NCBI GenBank assembly: GCA_046116545.1
Contig: CP175956.1
Span: forward strand, 961,734 to 1,025,733
Origin: Candidatus Moraniibacteriota bacterium
Lineage (GTDB): Bacteria > Patescibacteriota > Minisyncoccia > Moranbacterales > GCA-2747515
Direction of reading: 5' to 3'
DNA: 64,000 nt
Shown: piece by piece, positions 19,030 to 29,074 of the stretch
How positions within the stretch are numbered: position 1 is the first letter of the stretch
Layout: each line of letters opens with the position of its first letter
Made by a program: the position numbers and the translations under genes
Notes under the pieces: generated by a model
Told to the model about the DNA's origin: nothing
Seen by the model: the letters and a program-made list of their open reading frames with translations, nothing else
The model's database searches: none

Positions 19030-20553
19030 TTAATCAGCTGAATTCCACATATCAATCGCATATGAATTACCTGTTGGGAAAAGTGGTGGTGGTTGATATA
19101 ATAGATTACCATCAAATATTAAATTACGTGTCTCAAATCCTGTTCCATCTGTATATCCAAATCCCATACGATTATTCGTTGCAATTGAACCATATAATTC
19201 TATGGTATCTTTGTAATTATTTGACCAATATTTTCTTCCTACTCTTCCATTTTGTGATAGAAGCGCAGCATCAATTGTTAAAGTTTCAGTATCTGAACCA
19301 CTTGAAGCATTTAAATCACCTTCAGAATTACGTATAAATTCAATATTTCCCTCTGCCGCAAGACCCAGTACAGAATCACTATTACGATCTTCATACACAA
19401 TATCATCTGCGCCTAAAAAAATTCTTGCTTCATGTCCATTGTCTGGACTATGCGCAGCAACTGTCAATTTTTTACCTGCTGGTAATACTCCTTCAATCCA
19501 TACATTGTCACGCACATATAAAATACCTACATCCGGAATATCAACAATATCAACATCAGAATTACGTAATCGTGTAATAGATAGTGTATTATTATTAAAT
19601 TTCCGAACTCTAGTAATACGCATTTGATTTGAAGTAGGGACACCAAGCTCTATAAATCTACCCCTTTCTTCAGGACCATAATACAATCCCATAGCTTGTG
19701 CTGCCTCACGCATTAAATCAAAATTAGCTGTCACACTATTAAAATCTTGGGCTACAACAGGAAATTCTTTTCCCGCAAGAAAATGTTCACTATCATCCAC
19801 ATCTTCACTATTATCAAAACCAGGAAAAGCTGCAGCCCAAACTCCAGACCGCCAACCTCGCACATCACTATCATTATCATAATATGATGAAACCGAACTT
19901 GTAACGATATTATGAGCTATTCCATCAAAATGAAATCCACCATTGATATGCATTGGACCATATACTTCAGTACCTGAACTCAATCTAATCCTATTATTTG
20001 CCAAAATTGCAAACTCACTCCACGATGGTTTACGCAACCTAGCACTAATTGTACGTTCTTGATTTATGCCTGATGAACTAGCACTACCTTGTGATTTTAC
20101 ATTTAGAACAGTCGAATATTCTGTTGGTGCTGTAACACAAAGTTTATATTGTCCAATTTTATTATGATTTTCATCTTCATAATCTACAATATAAGCCTCT
20201 GTACCATCTCCATCTCCATCAGCAGTATCTGCATCATCACAATCTCCATCTCCATTATCATCAACACCCAATGGATTATTTGTCCAAAATTCTTCAATCT
20301 GAGTAGCTGTCTTCCCTTCAACATTATGAGCTAAATACCATCTATAAAAATAAATACCAGCTTCTGAAACATGTATTGCTTGTGTATCTGGTTCAAGTGA
20401 AGTATTATATTTCACATGAGAAACAACAAATTGAATCGTACCCGCAAATAAAACACTAGCTGCTGCAACAACAGTTAAAACATAAACCAATGCCGTTCCT
20501 CGCATTATATATTTTCCTAAAAATTTTTCTTTATTAAATTTCATAATTTTCAC
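19030..20553 (-). CDS. PilX-like minor pilin / tip protein (cassette A)
   Basis: RG|TALVY signal, 'SEAGIYFYRWYLAHN'; clear paralog of 15427..16803. Confidence 0.75.
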   Translation of the reverse strand: MKIMKFNKEKFLGKYIMRGTALVYVLTVVAAASVLFAGTIQFVVSHVKYNTSLEPDTQAIHVSEAGIYFYRWYLAHNVEGKTATQIEEFWTNNPLGVDDNGDGDCDDADTADGDGDGTEAYIVDYEDENHNKIGQYKLCVTAPTEYSTVLNVKSQGSASSSGINQERTISARLRKPSWSEFAILANNRIRLSSGTEVYGPMHINGGFHFDGIAHNIVTSSVSSYYDNDSDVRGWRSGVWAAAFPGFDNSEDVDDSEHFLAGKEFPVVAQDFNSVTANFDLMREAAQAMGLYYGPEERGRFIELGVPTSNQMRITRVRKFNNNTLSITRLRNSDVDIVDIPDVGILYVRDNVWIEGVLPAGKKLTVAAHSPDNGHEARIFLGADDIVYEDRNSDSVLGLAAEGNIEFIRNSEGDLNASSGSDTETLTIDAALLSQNGRVGRKYWSNNYKDTIELYGSIATNNRMGFGYTDGTGFETRNLIFDGNLLYQPPPLFPTGNSYAIDMWNSAD

Positions 20554-20559
20554 TTATTT

Positions 20560-21216
20560 TTATGTTGGAATATCATCAAATTCTGTTAAGTTTCTAACAA
20601 CAACAAAAGATTCTATCCGCACATCATCTGGAGAACGAAATATTGGTTCTGGATTAACATATAATACTATTTTTACCATACGTACGTCTGCCGGTGTTGC
20701 CATCGTTTCCAAAGCCATTCCATTAATATCATCATATTCATAAATAGTACCATCAACATCATAATATTCAAAAATGACCTCTCCCGATGCAACATCATTT
20801 GTAATATTATTTGCCATATCTCGCACTTCTTCAGTACCACTATATTCTGGTGGCGTACTGGTATCAGGCTCAGTAATACCTCTTTTGAAGATGCTATCTT
20901 CAACAAAATATCTAACTCTCTCAACTATGCCATCATTATCATAGTCTGCATAAAAAATAAACTCATGATCATCAGCTAACTCTATTGGAAATGCACCATT
21001 TTGTGCTTGTTGTGCCTTGCGCATAGTATTTATAGCATCTTCAACAGCATTGCTTGCAACAAATGATGCCACCCCACTCTTAATTGCAAAGTGATTCATA
21101 GTCCACATCTTAACAAAAAAAAGTGATGCACCCAACATAACAATTGACGTAATTGCAATTGTTACAATCATCTCAACAAATGTCACACCTTTATAAGTTT
21201 TTTTAAAATTAATCAT
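20560..21216 (-). CDS. Prepilin-type minor pilin (PilW-like, cassette A)
   Basis: KG|VTFVE; shares WxMNHFAI, EFIFYA.YD.D...ER.RYF and RNL with 16829..17461. Confidence 0.82.
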   Translation of the reverse strand: MINFKKTYKGVTFVEMIVTIAITSIVMLGASLFFVKMWTMNHFAIKSGVASFVASNAVEDAINTMRKAQQAQNGAFPIELADDHEFIFYADYDNDGIVERVRYFVEDSIFKRGITEPDTSTPPEYSGTEEVRDMANNITNDVASGEVIFEYYDVDGTIYEYDDINGMALETMATPADVRMVKIVLYVNPEPIFRSPDDVRIESFVVVRNLTEFDDIPT

Positions 21217-22745
21217 GAACTAAGTATTAATGCAATCTCTTTTTCTGTTAATTCACTAATTTCTATAGAATCCGTTTCTTCATCATATTCTTCTGCATTA
21301 ACTACTATATTATAATCTTCTCCATCAACTAGTGTATCTGTTGTATTTTCTGGAAAATATACATATCCAAATTCATCTGTTATCAATGTAACTTCATAAA
21401 CAGGATCTAATGTCGTACTCTGTAATTTAACACTTGCACCCTCAATTGGTACAGATTCTGCATCAATAATTTCTATAATGCGAATAAATGCACTATCATA
21501 TTCATTATTAATAAAAATCATCTTTGATTGTGTATTTACACCAGAAGTGACTACTGTATTTTGTGGATTATCTTCATCATTTGGATTCATTTTCCAAAAA
21601 GTATAATTTGAAAAACTGCCTGGTAAAACAATATTATCAACTTTGTATATGCCTGAGTTAGCATAATTACCATTTAACACATCTGAAGTAGAATATACAT
21701 CTATATCAAATGTTGTTGTATCAGTGATTTCTCCTGTAGAATTCAAATTATACACATTTTCGATGTCATCATCTGCAGTTGTGCCCAAAACCGCACCACC
21801 TATAATATCAAACTGCACATCAGGAATGCCTACTTCAAAAGGATCCTGAGATTTAATATTTAATTGCGAAATTTTATTAGTATTAAAAGCTGTAGTTGTA
21901 ATACTACCTGCAGCAACACTTTGATGAATATATACTGGATTATATTCCCCTTCATTTAATGGCTCTATTAAATCATTTCCAGAAAATGCACTCAAAGTTT
22001 CTCGTGTTTCATAACCATTTTTTTCTATAGTAATCTCATAACAAGTATCACAAATTGGTGCACCCACATACATAAAATTACCATCAGAATCAGTAGTTCC
22101 CGTCAAAATTGATTCACTGCACGCAGGATGTCCAACAATATCACACATATTGTCACTAATGGAAACTATTACACCCTCAACAGACTCTACTGGTTCAACA
22201 CCAGTATCTAAAACATTTATAGATAATATACCTCCAGTTGGCATAGCCTCTAGACCACCTGGTGGTACAAATTGTGATACTAAATTTATTTGTTTTGATT
22301 GATACTTTACATCATTTAATGCATCAGCCTTAGAGACAGAATCACTAAGACCAGGACCCCAAATAATTGTTACACCTACTCTCTTATAATCCTCAAATCT
22401 AATATCAGATGGAGCAGAACCATCTGTTGGATCATCCACAAAAAATACAGATGTGATTATCCTATAATTCAAACCATTCACACTTGCAACCTCATCATCC
22501 TCTATGTCCCCTATAGGTGCATTTGCTTTTGTGGCAACATTTTCATAAGCTAAATTTCTAAAATGTTCCATTCTTTCATTTGCTAATGCAACAGCTCCTC
22601 GACGATATTTAGAATCTTGCATATGTCCCATAGTTTCTGTAAATACCTTATAAAAAGTAACAACTAAAATTGAAAAGACAGCAAGGGCAACTAGCCCTTC
22701 TATCAGTGTAAAACCCTTTTTATGTTGTATCTTTTTTATAACCAT
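21213..22745 (-). CDS. Large prepilin (PilV-like) with Ig-like repeats (cassette A)
   Basis: True start likely MVIKKIQHKKG|FTLIE at 22745 (the longer ORF overlaps pilC); paralog of 17480..18964. Confidence 0.8.
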   Translation of the reverse strand: MVIKKIQHKKGFTLIEGLVALAVFSILVVTFYKVFTETMGHMQDSKYRRGAVALANERMEHFRNLAYENVATKANAPIGDIEDDEVASVNGLNYRIITSVFFVDDPTDGSAPSDIRFEDYKRVGVTIIWGPGLSDSVSKADALNDVKYQSKQINLVSQFVPPGGLEAMPTGGILSINVLDTGVEPVESVEGVIVSISDNMCDIVGHPACSESILTGTTDSDGNFMYVGAPICDTCYEITIEKNGYETRETLSAFSGNDLIEPLNEGEYNPVYIHQSVAAGSITTTAFNTNKISQLNIKSQDPFEVGIPDVQFDIIGGAVLGTTADDDIENVYNLNSTGEITDTTTFDIDVYSTSDVLNGNYANSGIYKVDNIVLPGSFSNYTFWKMNPNDEDNPQNTVVTSGVNTQSKMIFINNEYDSAFIRIIEIIDAESVPIEGASVKLQSTTLDPVYEVTLITDEFGYVYFPENTTDTLVDGEDYNIVVNAEEYDEETDSIEISELTEKEIALILSS

Positions 22746-22746
22746 A

Positions 22747-23964
22747 CTAAATATTTTCAAGAACACTATACATAGGAGTAAGCATAGCAACTGCAAAAAA
22801 TCCAACAGCTCCACCAATAACAAGCATCAACACCGGCTCTATAATTGAAGAAAGATTTTTTGTAATTTGATTTACCTCTTCTTCATAAAATTCAGCAAGT
22901 TTGTTCATCATATCTTCTGTCTTACCCGTTTCTTCACCAACTTGAATCATCTGTGCAACTATAACTGGAAATATATTTGGATATTCTGCAATCACACTAG
23001 ACAACTCAACACCTCTTTGAATTTTACTACGCCCCTCCATTATGGCATCTTTAAAAAATGTATTTGAAAGTGTATTAGCAACAATTTCCAGTGAATCAAC
23101 AACAGATACTCCACTGTGCAACAATGAACTATAAATTCTAGCAAATCTAGCACAATTAACTTTTATTACAATATTTTTAATTGCTGGTGTTTTCAATAAA
23201 ATGAAGCTCATTGTCTTTTTACCTATTTGAGTAGATGTGAACATTTTCATTCCAATTCCACCACCAATTAATACAAATGCAATTAAAAAACCATGATTTT
23301 GCAAAGCATCACTCATACCTATTATAAATCTAGTAGCGGCAGGCAATTCAACTTCCATATCTCCAAATACTCCAAGAATTTGCGGTAAGATATACGTCAA
23401 CATAATAACAGCCACAATCATCATAGCAAATACAATTACCGCAGGATAAATCATGGCACCTTTAACTTTTGATTTTAATTCATGTTCCTTTTCCATCTGA
23501 ATAGTTACAATATCCAAAGATTGATCCAATGTTCCTCCGATTTCACCAACTCTTATCATGTTTACAAATAAGTCATTGAAAATAAGTGGATATTTTGCAA
23601 GAGATTCACTAAAAACGACTCCTTCTTGTACATCTTTATAGATATTTTCCAAAACTTCTTGAAAATGTTTATTTTTCGTCTGCACACTTAAATTCGATAA
23701 CGATCTTCCAATAGTTAATCCAGATGCAATCATAACACTTAAATTCCTAGTGAAAAATAATTTTTCTTTCAAGCTAACACCATTTAATCTATCCATCAAT
23801 TTAACATGTGGTTTACTGCCCTGCACTTCCATTCTTTCTATTGATGTAACAACAAAACCCTCACCACGCAATTGCATAGCAAGACCTCTTTCATTTGTTG
23901 CATCCATTTCTCCTGACTTAGGAGTACCGTCAACACTTTTTGATGTATATAAATATTTTGGCAT
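22747..23964 (-). CDS. pilC: Type IV pilus platform protein PilC (GspF family)
   Basis: Two T2SSF repeats: VGEIGG.L, AMIYP, VGEETG, IEP. Confidence 0.94.
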   Translation of the reverse strand: MPKYLYTSKSVDGTPKSGEMDATNERGLAMQLRGEGFVVTSIERMEVQGSKPHVKLMDRLNGVSLKEKLFFTRNLSVMIASGLTIGRSLSNLSVQTKNKHFQEVLENIYKDVQEGVVFSESLAKYPLIFNDLFVNMIRVGEIGGTLDQSLDIVTIQMEKEHELKSKVKGAMIYPAVIVFAMMIVAVIMLTYILPQILGVFGDMEVELPAATRFIIGMSDALQNHGFLIAFVLIGGGIGMKMFTSTQIGKKTMSFILLKTPAIKNIVIKVNCARFARIYSSLLHSGVSVVDSLEIVANTLSNTFFKDAIMEGRSKIQRGVELSSVIAEYPNIFPVIVAQMIQVGEETGKTEDMMNKLAEFYEEEVNQITKNLSSIIEPVLMLVIGGAVGFFAVAMLTPMYSVLENI

Positions 23965-23973
23965 TATTTTATT

Positions 23974-25713
23974 TTATTCTTTTGTTACTCTCATAACTTC
24001 TTCTATACTTGTTACACCTTGAATGATTTTATTAAATCCATCTTCAACCATTGTCACCATTCCATCTTCACGAGCTTTCCTTTCCATCGCATCCGATGTT
24101 GCATTTTGAGTTATCAACTTTTCTATTGCTTCAGTTATTTCAAATACTTCATAAATACCAGCTCGCCCTTTATATCCGCTTCCATTACATTGTGAGCAAC
24201 CATTTGGCTTAAATAATTCAATATCGGTCCAACTAACACCCGGCTTTAAAACTTTAACTCTCTGAAGTGTTTTTGTGATAGCTTCAATATCATAATTAAG
24301 TGATAATGTTTCAACCTCCTTTTCATCTAACTTATACGATTCTCGACATTCAACACATAATTTACGAACCAATCGTTGAGCTACAACTATATTTGTAGTA
24401 GATGCTATTAAAAATGGTTCCGCTCCCATATCCACCATACGAGGAATTGCTCCAGCAGCTGAATTTGTATGCAATGTTGAAAGCACTAAATGTCCAGTCA
24501 TGGCAGCATGAATTGCAATTTCAAGAGTCTCTTTATCACGAATCTCACCAACCATTATAATATCTGGATCTTGACGAAGAAGTGATCTAAGTCCAGCCGC
24601 AAATGTCATACCAATTTTTGACTGAACCTGTGTTTGATTTATACTATCCATTCTATATTCAACAGGATCTTCTACTGTGGAAATATTTACCTCTGGAGAA
24701 TTTAAAATATCTACAATTGTATACAACGTTGTTGTCTTACCAGAACCAGTAGGTCCCGTCACCAAAACCATCCCATTTGGCTTTCTTATCTCTCTTTGTA
24801 TTGCTTCCAATGATTCTCCCTGTAATCCCATTTTTTCCAATGTAAGTCCATGTGATGATTCATCTAACAGACGCATTACAATTTTTTCACCATCAAAAAC
24901 TGGTAATATGCTTACACGAAAAGAAAGTTTATATTCATCAGTTTCCATTTTAAATCGCCCATCCTGTGGTAATCTGTGTTCATCCAATTTCAATTTTGAT
25001 AATACTTTTATACGCGCAGTAACTCCGCTCATAGCATCTTTTGGCAATGTCATAGCCTGGCGCAAAATACCATCAATCCTATATCTAACAATTATTTTTT
25101 TCTCTTGTGGTTCAATGTGAATATCAGATGCTCCGTCTAAAATTGCATGTTTAATAAGTGTATCCACTATTCTAACTATTGGGAGATCTTCAGAAATTTT
25201 CACTAAATCTTCATTTTTTTCACTATTTTCAATATCATCAGCATCAGAATCCTTTATCATATCTCCAAATTCAGCTTCCAAGCTTTTCGTGTATTGTTTC
25301 AAAATAGTTTTAATACTGTCATCTGTTGTTACATATGGCATTATATCCAAACCTGTTTTTTTCTTAAGAAAGTCTATCATCTGCAAATCTTCTGGATCCA
25401 ACATAGCTACCTTCAAAGTTTCACCAGCTTTCTCAAAAGCAACTACTTGAGATTTTTTTGCCACTTGTTCAGGAATTATATTTAATACTTTTGCATCGAC
25501 TTCCTCCTTTGTTAAATCCACAAATGGAAATCCTAATATAGAAGCAAAGCTTTTTATACAATCCATCTCATTAATAATCTCTTTTTCCATTAATAACTCA
25601 CAAAGTTGCACATTTTCTCTTTGAGCACGCACAAAAACAGGAGCAATCTCTGCTTCTTTTACAATTTTATTTTCTATTAAATAGTCATACAGTTGATCAT
25701 TTTCTATTTTCAT
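23974..25713 (-). CDS. pilB: Type IV pilus extension ATPase PilB (GspE/PulE family)
   Basis: ASDIHIEP, PQDGR, GPTGSGKTTT, LRQDPD, GHLVLSTLHTN, two CxxC zinc motifs. Start likely MKIEND at 25713 because a TATAAT overlaps the longer start. Confidence 0.95.
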   Translation of the reverse strand: MKIENDQLYDYLIENKIVKEAEIAPVFVRAQRENVQLCELLMEKEIINEMDCIKSFASILGFPFVDLTKEEVDAKVLNIIPEQVAKKSQVVAFEKAGETLKVAMLDPEDLQMIDFLKKKTGLDIMPYVTTDDSIKTILKQYTKSLEAEFGDMIKDSDADDIENSEKNEDLVKISEDLPIVRIVDTLIKHAILDGASDIHIEPQEKKIIVRYRIDGILRQAMTLPKDAMSGVTARIKVLSKLKLDEHRLPQDGRFKMETDEYKLSFRVSILPVFDGEKIVMRLLDESSHGLTLEKMGLQGESLEAIQREIRKPNGMVLVTGPTGSGKTTTLYTIVDILNSPEVNISTVEDPVEYRMDSINQTQVQSKIGMTFAAGLRSLLRQDPDIIMVGEIRDKETLEIAIHAAMTGHLVLSTLHTNSAAGAIPRMVDMGAEPFLIASTTNIVVAQRLVRKLCVECRESYKLDEKEVETLSLNYDIEAITKTLQRVKVLKPGVSWTDIELFKPNGCSQCNGSGYKGRAGIYEVFEITEAIEKLITQNATSDAMERKAREDGMVTMVEDGFNKIIQGVTSIEEVMRVTKE

Positions 25714-25769
25714 CCTATCTATTTTTATTTCAATTCTATTATACACCAAAAAGACAACACAACCAAATC

Positions 25770-25798
25770 AAAAAGCGAACCTAATTGGTTCACTTTTT
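25770..25798 (-). terminator. Terminator after groEL
   Basis: aaaaagcgaacc-taatt-ggttcacttttt hairpin. Confidence 0.6.
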
Positions 25799-25840
25799 GT
25801 TTAAATACTATCAATATTTAAATTTTCATTTTCTCTATAT

Positions 25841-27502
25841 TTACATCATTCCACCCATACCTGGCATTCCACCACCCATACCTGCCATAGCTGCTGCAGC
25901 ATCAGATCCGCCATCTTCACTAGGTTTATCAGTTATTACAACTTCCGTTGTAAGCAGCATTGATGCAACACTTACAGCATTTTCGATTGCAGTTCTAGTA
26001 ACTTTCAAAGGATCAATAATTCCTGATTTCACCATATCATCTTCATATATATCTTCCAATGCATTATATCCAAATCTTTTTCCCTTTCCTTCTATTACAG
26101 CATTATACACAACTGCTGCATCTCGCTCACCTGCATTTTGGGCAATTTGTTTAAGTGGTGCTGAAAGAGCATTCAATAATGTCTTATATCCAGCCTTAAA
26201 TTCATTACTAGCATCTTCATCTATTTTCAAAGTCATGCCAGCTTTAGCTAATGCAGTTCCACCACCAGCCACAACACCCTCTTCCACAGCAGCTTTTGTA
26301 GCAGCTAATGCATCTTCCAATTTATGACGCACATATCCCATTTCTGTTTCTGTTGCAGCACCAGCGCGTATCACAGCCACTCCACCAGACAACTTAGCAA
26401 TTCGTTTTTGCAATTTTTCCTGTTCATAACTTGAATCTTCAGATTGAGCTTGTCTAGATATTTGTTCAGCTCGTTCTTTTATAGATTTCTTTGTACCTCT
26501 TCCATCAACAATTATAGTCTCGTCTTTTGTTGATACTACTTTTGCAGCACTACCCAAAACGTCAAGGTCTACATTTTCCATAGTCATTCCCTTGTCTTCT
26601 ACAATAACAGTAGCACCAGTAACTATCGCGATATCTTCCAAAACATCTTTTCTAGTATCACCAAATTCAGGTGCCTTAATAGCTAACACATTCATTGTTC
26701 CACGTAATTTATTCACAACCAAAGTTGCCAACGCCTCACCTTCAAGCTCTTCACAAATAATAACTAAATCCTTTTTACCACTCTGTGCAATTTTCTCAAG
26801 CAATGGCAAAATATCATTTATAGCTGTTATTTTTTTATCAGTAATCAAAATTGCAGGTTCTTTAATTTCTGCTTTTCGAGATTCTGCATCGGTTATCATA
26901 TACGGTGATACATAACCCTTATCAAATTGCATCCCCTCTACTACATCATAACTCAATCCAACAGTTTGAGATTCTTCCACGGTAATAACACCATTTTTTC
27001 CAACCTGTTCCATAACATCAGCAATCATCTGACCCATTTCTACATTTTCAGCACTAATAGTGGCTACTTGTGCAATTTCTTCTTTTGAAATCACTTTTTT
27101 TGAATTTTTTTGCAAAACCTCTACAACATCATTCTTTGCAGCTTCTAATCCTTTACGTATTCCCACAGGATTTATCCCTGTTTCTACAAATTTCAAACCT
27201 TCATTTACAATTGCTTGCATCATTATCGTTGAAGTTGTAGTTCCATCACCTGCTGCATCATTAGTTTTATCAGCAACTTCTTTAATTAATTCCGCACCAA
27301 TATTTTCAAATTTATCTTCAAGTTCAATTTCTTTTGCAATTGAAACACCATCATTTGTTACAGTGGGGGCTCCGAATCCTTTATCCAAAACAACATTTCT
27401 ACCCTTTGGTCCAATTGTAGTTTTTACTGCATTTGCAACTATATCAATACCTGCTACAACTTTTTTACGAGCATCTGCTCCAAATTCTATTTGCTTTGAC
27501 AT
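25841..27502 (-). CDS. groL: Chaperonin GroEL
   Basis: TIGPKGRN, GDGTTT, GGM-repeat tail; start MSKQIEF at 27502. Confidence 0.97.
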   Translation of the reverse strand: MSKQIEFGADARKKVVAGIDIVANAVKTTIGPKGRNVVLDKGFGAPTVTNDGVSIAKEIELEDKFENIGAELIKEVADKTNDAAGDGTTTSTIMMQAIVNEGLKFVETGINPVGIRKGLEAAKNDVVEVLQKNSKKVISKEEIAQVATISAENVEMGQMIADVMEQVGKNGVITVEESQTVGLSYDVVEGMQFDKGYVSPYMITDAESRKAEIKEPAILITDKKITAINDILPLLEKIAQSGKKDLVIICEELEGEALATLVVNKLRGTMNVLAIKAPEFGDTRKDVLEDIAIVTGATVIVEDKGMTMENVDLDVLGSAAKVVSTKDETIIVDGRGTKKSIKERAEQISRQAQSEDSSYEQEKLQKRIAKLSGGVAVIRAGAATETEMGYVRHKLEDALAATKAAVEEGVVAGGGTALAKAGMTLKIDEDASNEFKAGYKTLLNALSAPLKQIAQNAGERDAAVVYNAVIEGKGKRFGYNALEDIYEDDMVKSGIIDPLKVTRTAIENAVSVASMLLTTEVVITDKPSEDGGSDAAAAMAGMGGGMPGMGGMM

Positions 27503-27568
27503 ATCTTTATTTATCCCACCACAGCTCTCATTGAACAATGATAGATTATTATTATTTACATTTATAAA

Positions 27569-27595
27569 TTAGCAATCTCTCAAAACGAGTGCTAA
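27569..27595. promoter_or_regulatory. CIRCE element (HrcA operator)
   Basis: TTAGCAATC-N9-GAGTGCTAA, one mismatch to the consensus TTAGCACTC-N9-GAGTGCTAA, upstream of groEL. Confidence 0.92.
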
Positions 27596-27605
27596 TCACT
27601 TAAGT

Positions 27606-27633
27606 ATTGTACCGAATTTCATCTTGCTGTCAA
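27606..27633 (-). promoter_or_regulatory. Sigma70-type promoter of groEL
   Basis: TTGACA-16 nt-TACAAT on the minus strand just upstream of CIRCE. Confidence 0.75.
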
Positions 27634-27638
27634 GAATT

Positions 27639-28691
27639 TTATACTTTAAATTCTACAACATCACCATCTTGCATGATGTAGTCTTTTCCAACTGTTTGTA
27701 AATCCCCACTTTCCCTTGATGCACTCCAGCTTCCAGCATCAAGTAATTTTTGCCAATTTACAATATCAGCCCTTATAAATGAATCCTTAAAATCATTATG
27801 AATTGCAGCTCCTGCCTCTGGAGCAGTAGAACCCTTCTTAATAGTCCAAGCTCTAGTTTCAATTTCACCAGTTGTGAGAAATGTTTGCAATCCCAATAAC
27901 TCAAATGCCTCAACTATCAAATCATTTAGATGAGATTCCATTCCCAATTCGCTAGCTTCCTCCACACTCATTTCCATTAACTCTTCTTCTATTTTTATAT
28001 CCAATTTCACATGCGGCCTTGATTCTAATTCATCTTCAAGTTTTTTATCAGTATCTGATACATTGTAAATATACATTATCGGCTTCATAGTCAAAAGACT
28101 CATTTCAGTAATAATTTTTTTATGAGGTTCATGTGTAAAATCTATTTCCATAGTATTAGCAAGATTTCCATCATCCAATAATTGTTGCATTTTTTCAACT
28201 AATTCCATTTGACTAACAGCTTCTTTATCATTGCTCCGAACTAATTTTTCAAGTCGTAAAACAGTCTTGTCTACAGTAGCCATGTCAGCAAGAATAAGTT
28301 CCGTCTCAACAATTTCAATATCTCGAATAGGATCAATACTATCATGCACATGTGTAATATTTCCATCATCAAAAACTCTTACAACCTGAGCAATTGCATC
28401 AACGTCACGAATATTAGACAAAAATTTATTTCCAAGTCCCTCACCTTCAGATGCTCCCTTAACCAATCCTGCAATATCAACAAACTCAACAACTGTTGGA
28501 ATAATTTTTTGAGTCTTTGACATCTCAGCTAATTTATCCAATCTCTCATCTGGTACCTCCACAACTCCAACATTTGGCTCAATCGTACAAAATGGATAAT
28601 TATTTATATCAACTGGATTATTTGTCATTGCTTTAAAAAGAGTTGACTTCCCAACATTAGGAAGACCAACGATACCTACCTGTAACGCCAT
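27639..28691 (-). CDS. ychF: Redox-regulated ATPase YchF
   Basis: [37 protein letters not shown]-terminal TGS domain. Confidence 0.96.
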   Translation of the reverse strand: MALQVGIVGLPNVGKSTLFKAMTNNPVDINNYPFCTIEPNVGVVEVPDERLDKLAEMSKTQKIIPTVVEFVDIAGLVKGASEGEGLGNKFLSNIRDVDAIAQVVRVFDDGNITHVHDSIDPIRDIEIVETELILADMATVDKTVLRLEKLVRSNDKEAVSQMELVEKMQQLLDDGNLANTMEIDFTHEPHKKIITEMSLLTMKPIMYIYNVSDTDKKLEDELESRPHVKLDIKIEEELMEMSVEEASELGMESHLNDLIVEAFELLGLQTFLTTGEIETRAWTIKKGSTAPEAGAAIHNDFKDSFIRADIVNWQKLLDAGSWSASRESGDLQTVGKDYIMQDGDVVEFKV

Positions 28692-28738
28692 ATAATAATA
28701 TATTTAGTAATTAATTAATGAATAATCTGCACAATAAT

Positions 28739-28951
28739 TTATTCGAGTTCATCAAGTTTAAAATCATTTACGAAAAGAACAAAAAGTCCAATACCTAATG
28801 CAACTGAATAACTTAATGCCTCATTATCTGGAAATAAAAAAGTTTCTAACAATCCAAACATGCCATACCAAAACATCACAATTGCCACTGCAACAATAAC
28901 AACATATCCATTATGATACGTATTACGAATTCTCCTCAATGTTTTCCTCAT
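28739..28951 (-). CDS. Small two-TM membrane protein
   Basis: 70 aa, two hydrophobic helices, 'FWYGMFGLLE'. Confidence 0.7.
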   Translation of the reverse strand: MRKTLRRIRNTYHNGYVVIVAVAIVMFWYGMFGLLETFLFPDNEALSYSVALGIGLFVLFVNDFKLDELE

Positions 28952-29074
28952 ATATAAAAATAATATTTTAATATATACACATTACCACGCAATCAACAAA
29001 AAATAAAGAGAAGTTTATATCTTTTTATTAACTTTAAAGGAGTAATTAATTCAATATTGTTTCAAGTTTGTTGT

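Noticed and set aside
22746-22823. N-terminal extension of the 536-aa prepilin ORF
   Set aside because: Overlaps the pilC 3' end; the class III signal peptide indicates a start at 22745.
25785-27572. Long plus-strand ORFs (180, 107 and 170 aa) opposite groEL
   Set aside because: Antisense shadows of a conserved gene; no independent motifs.
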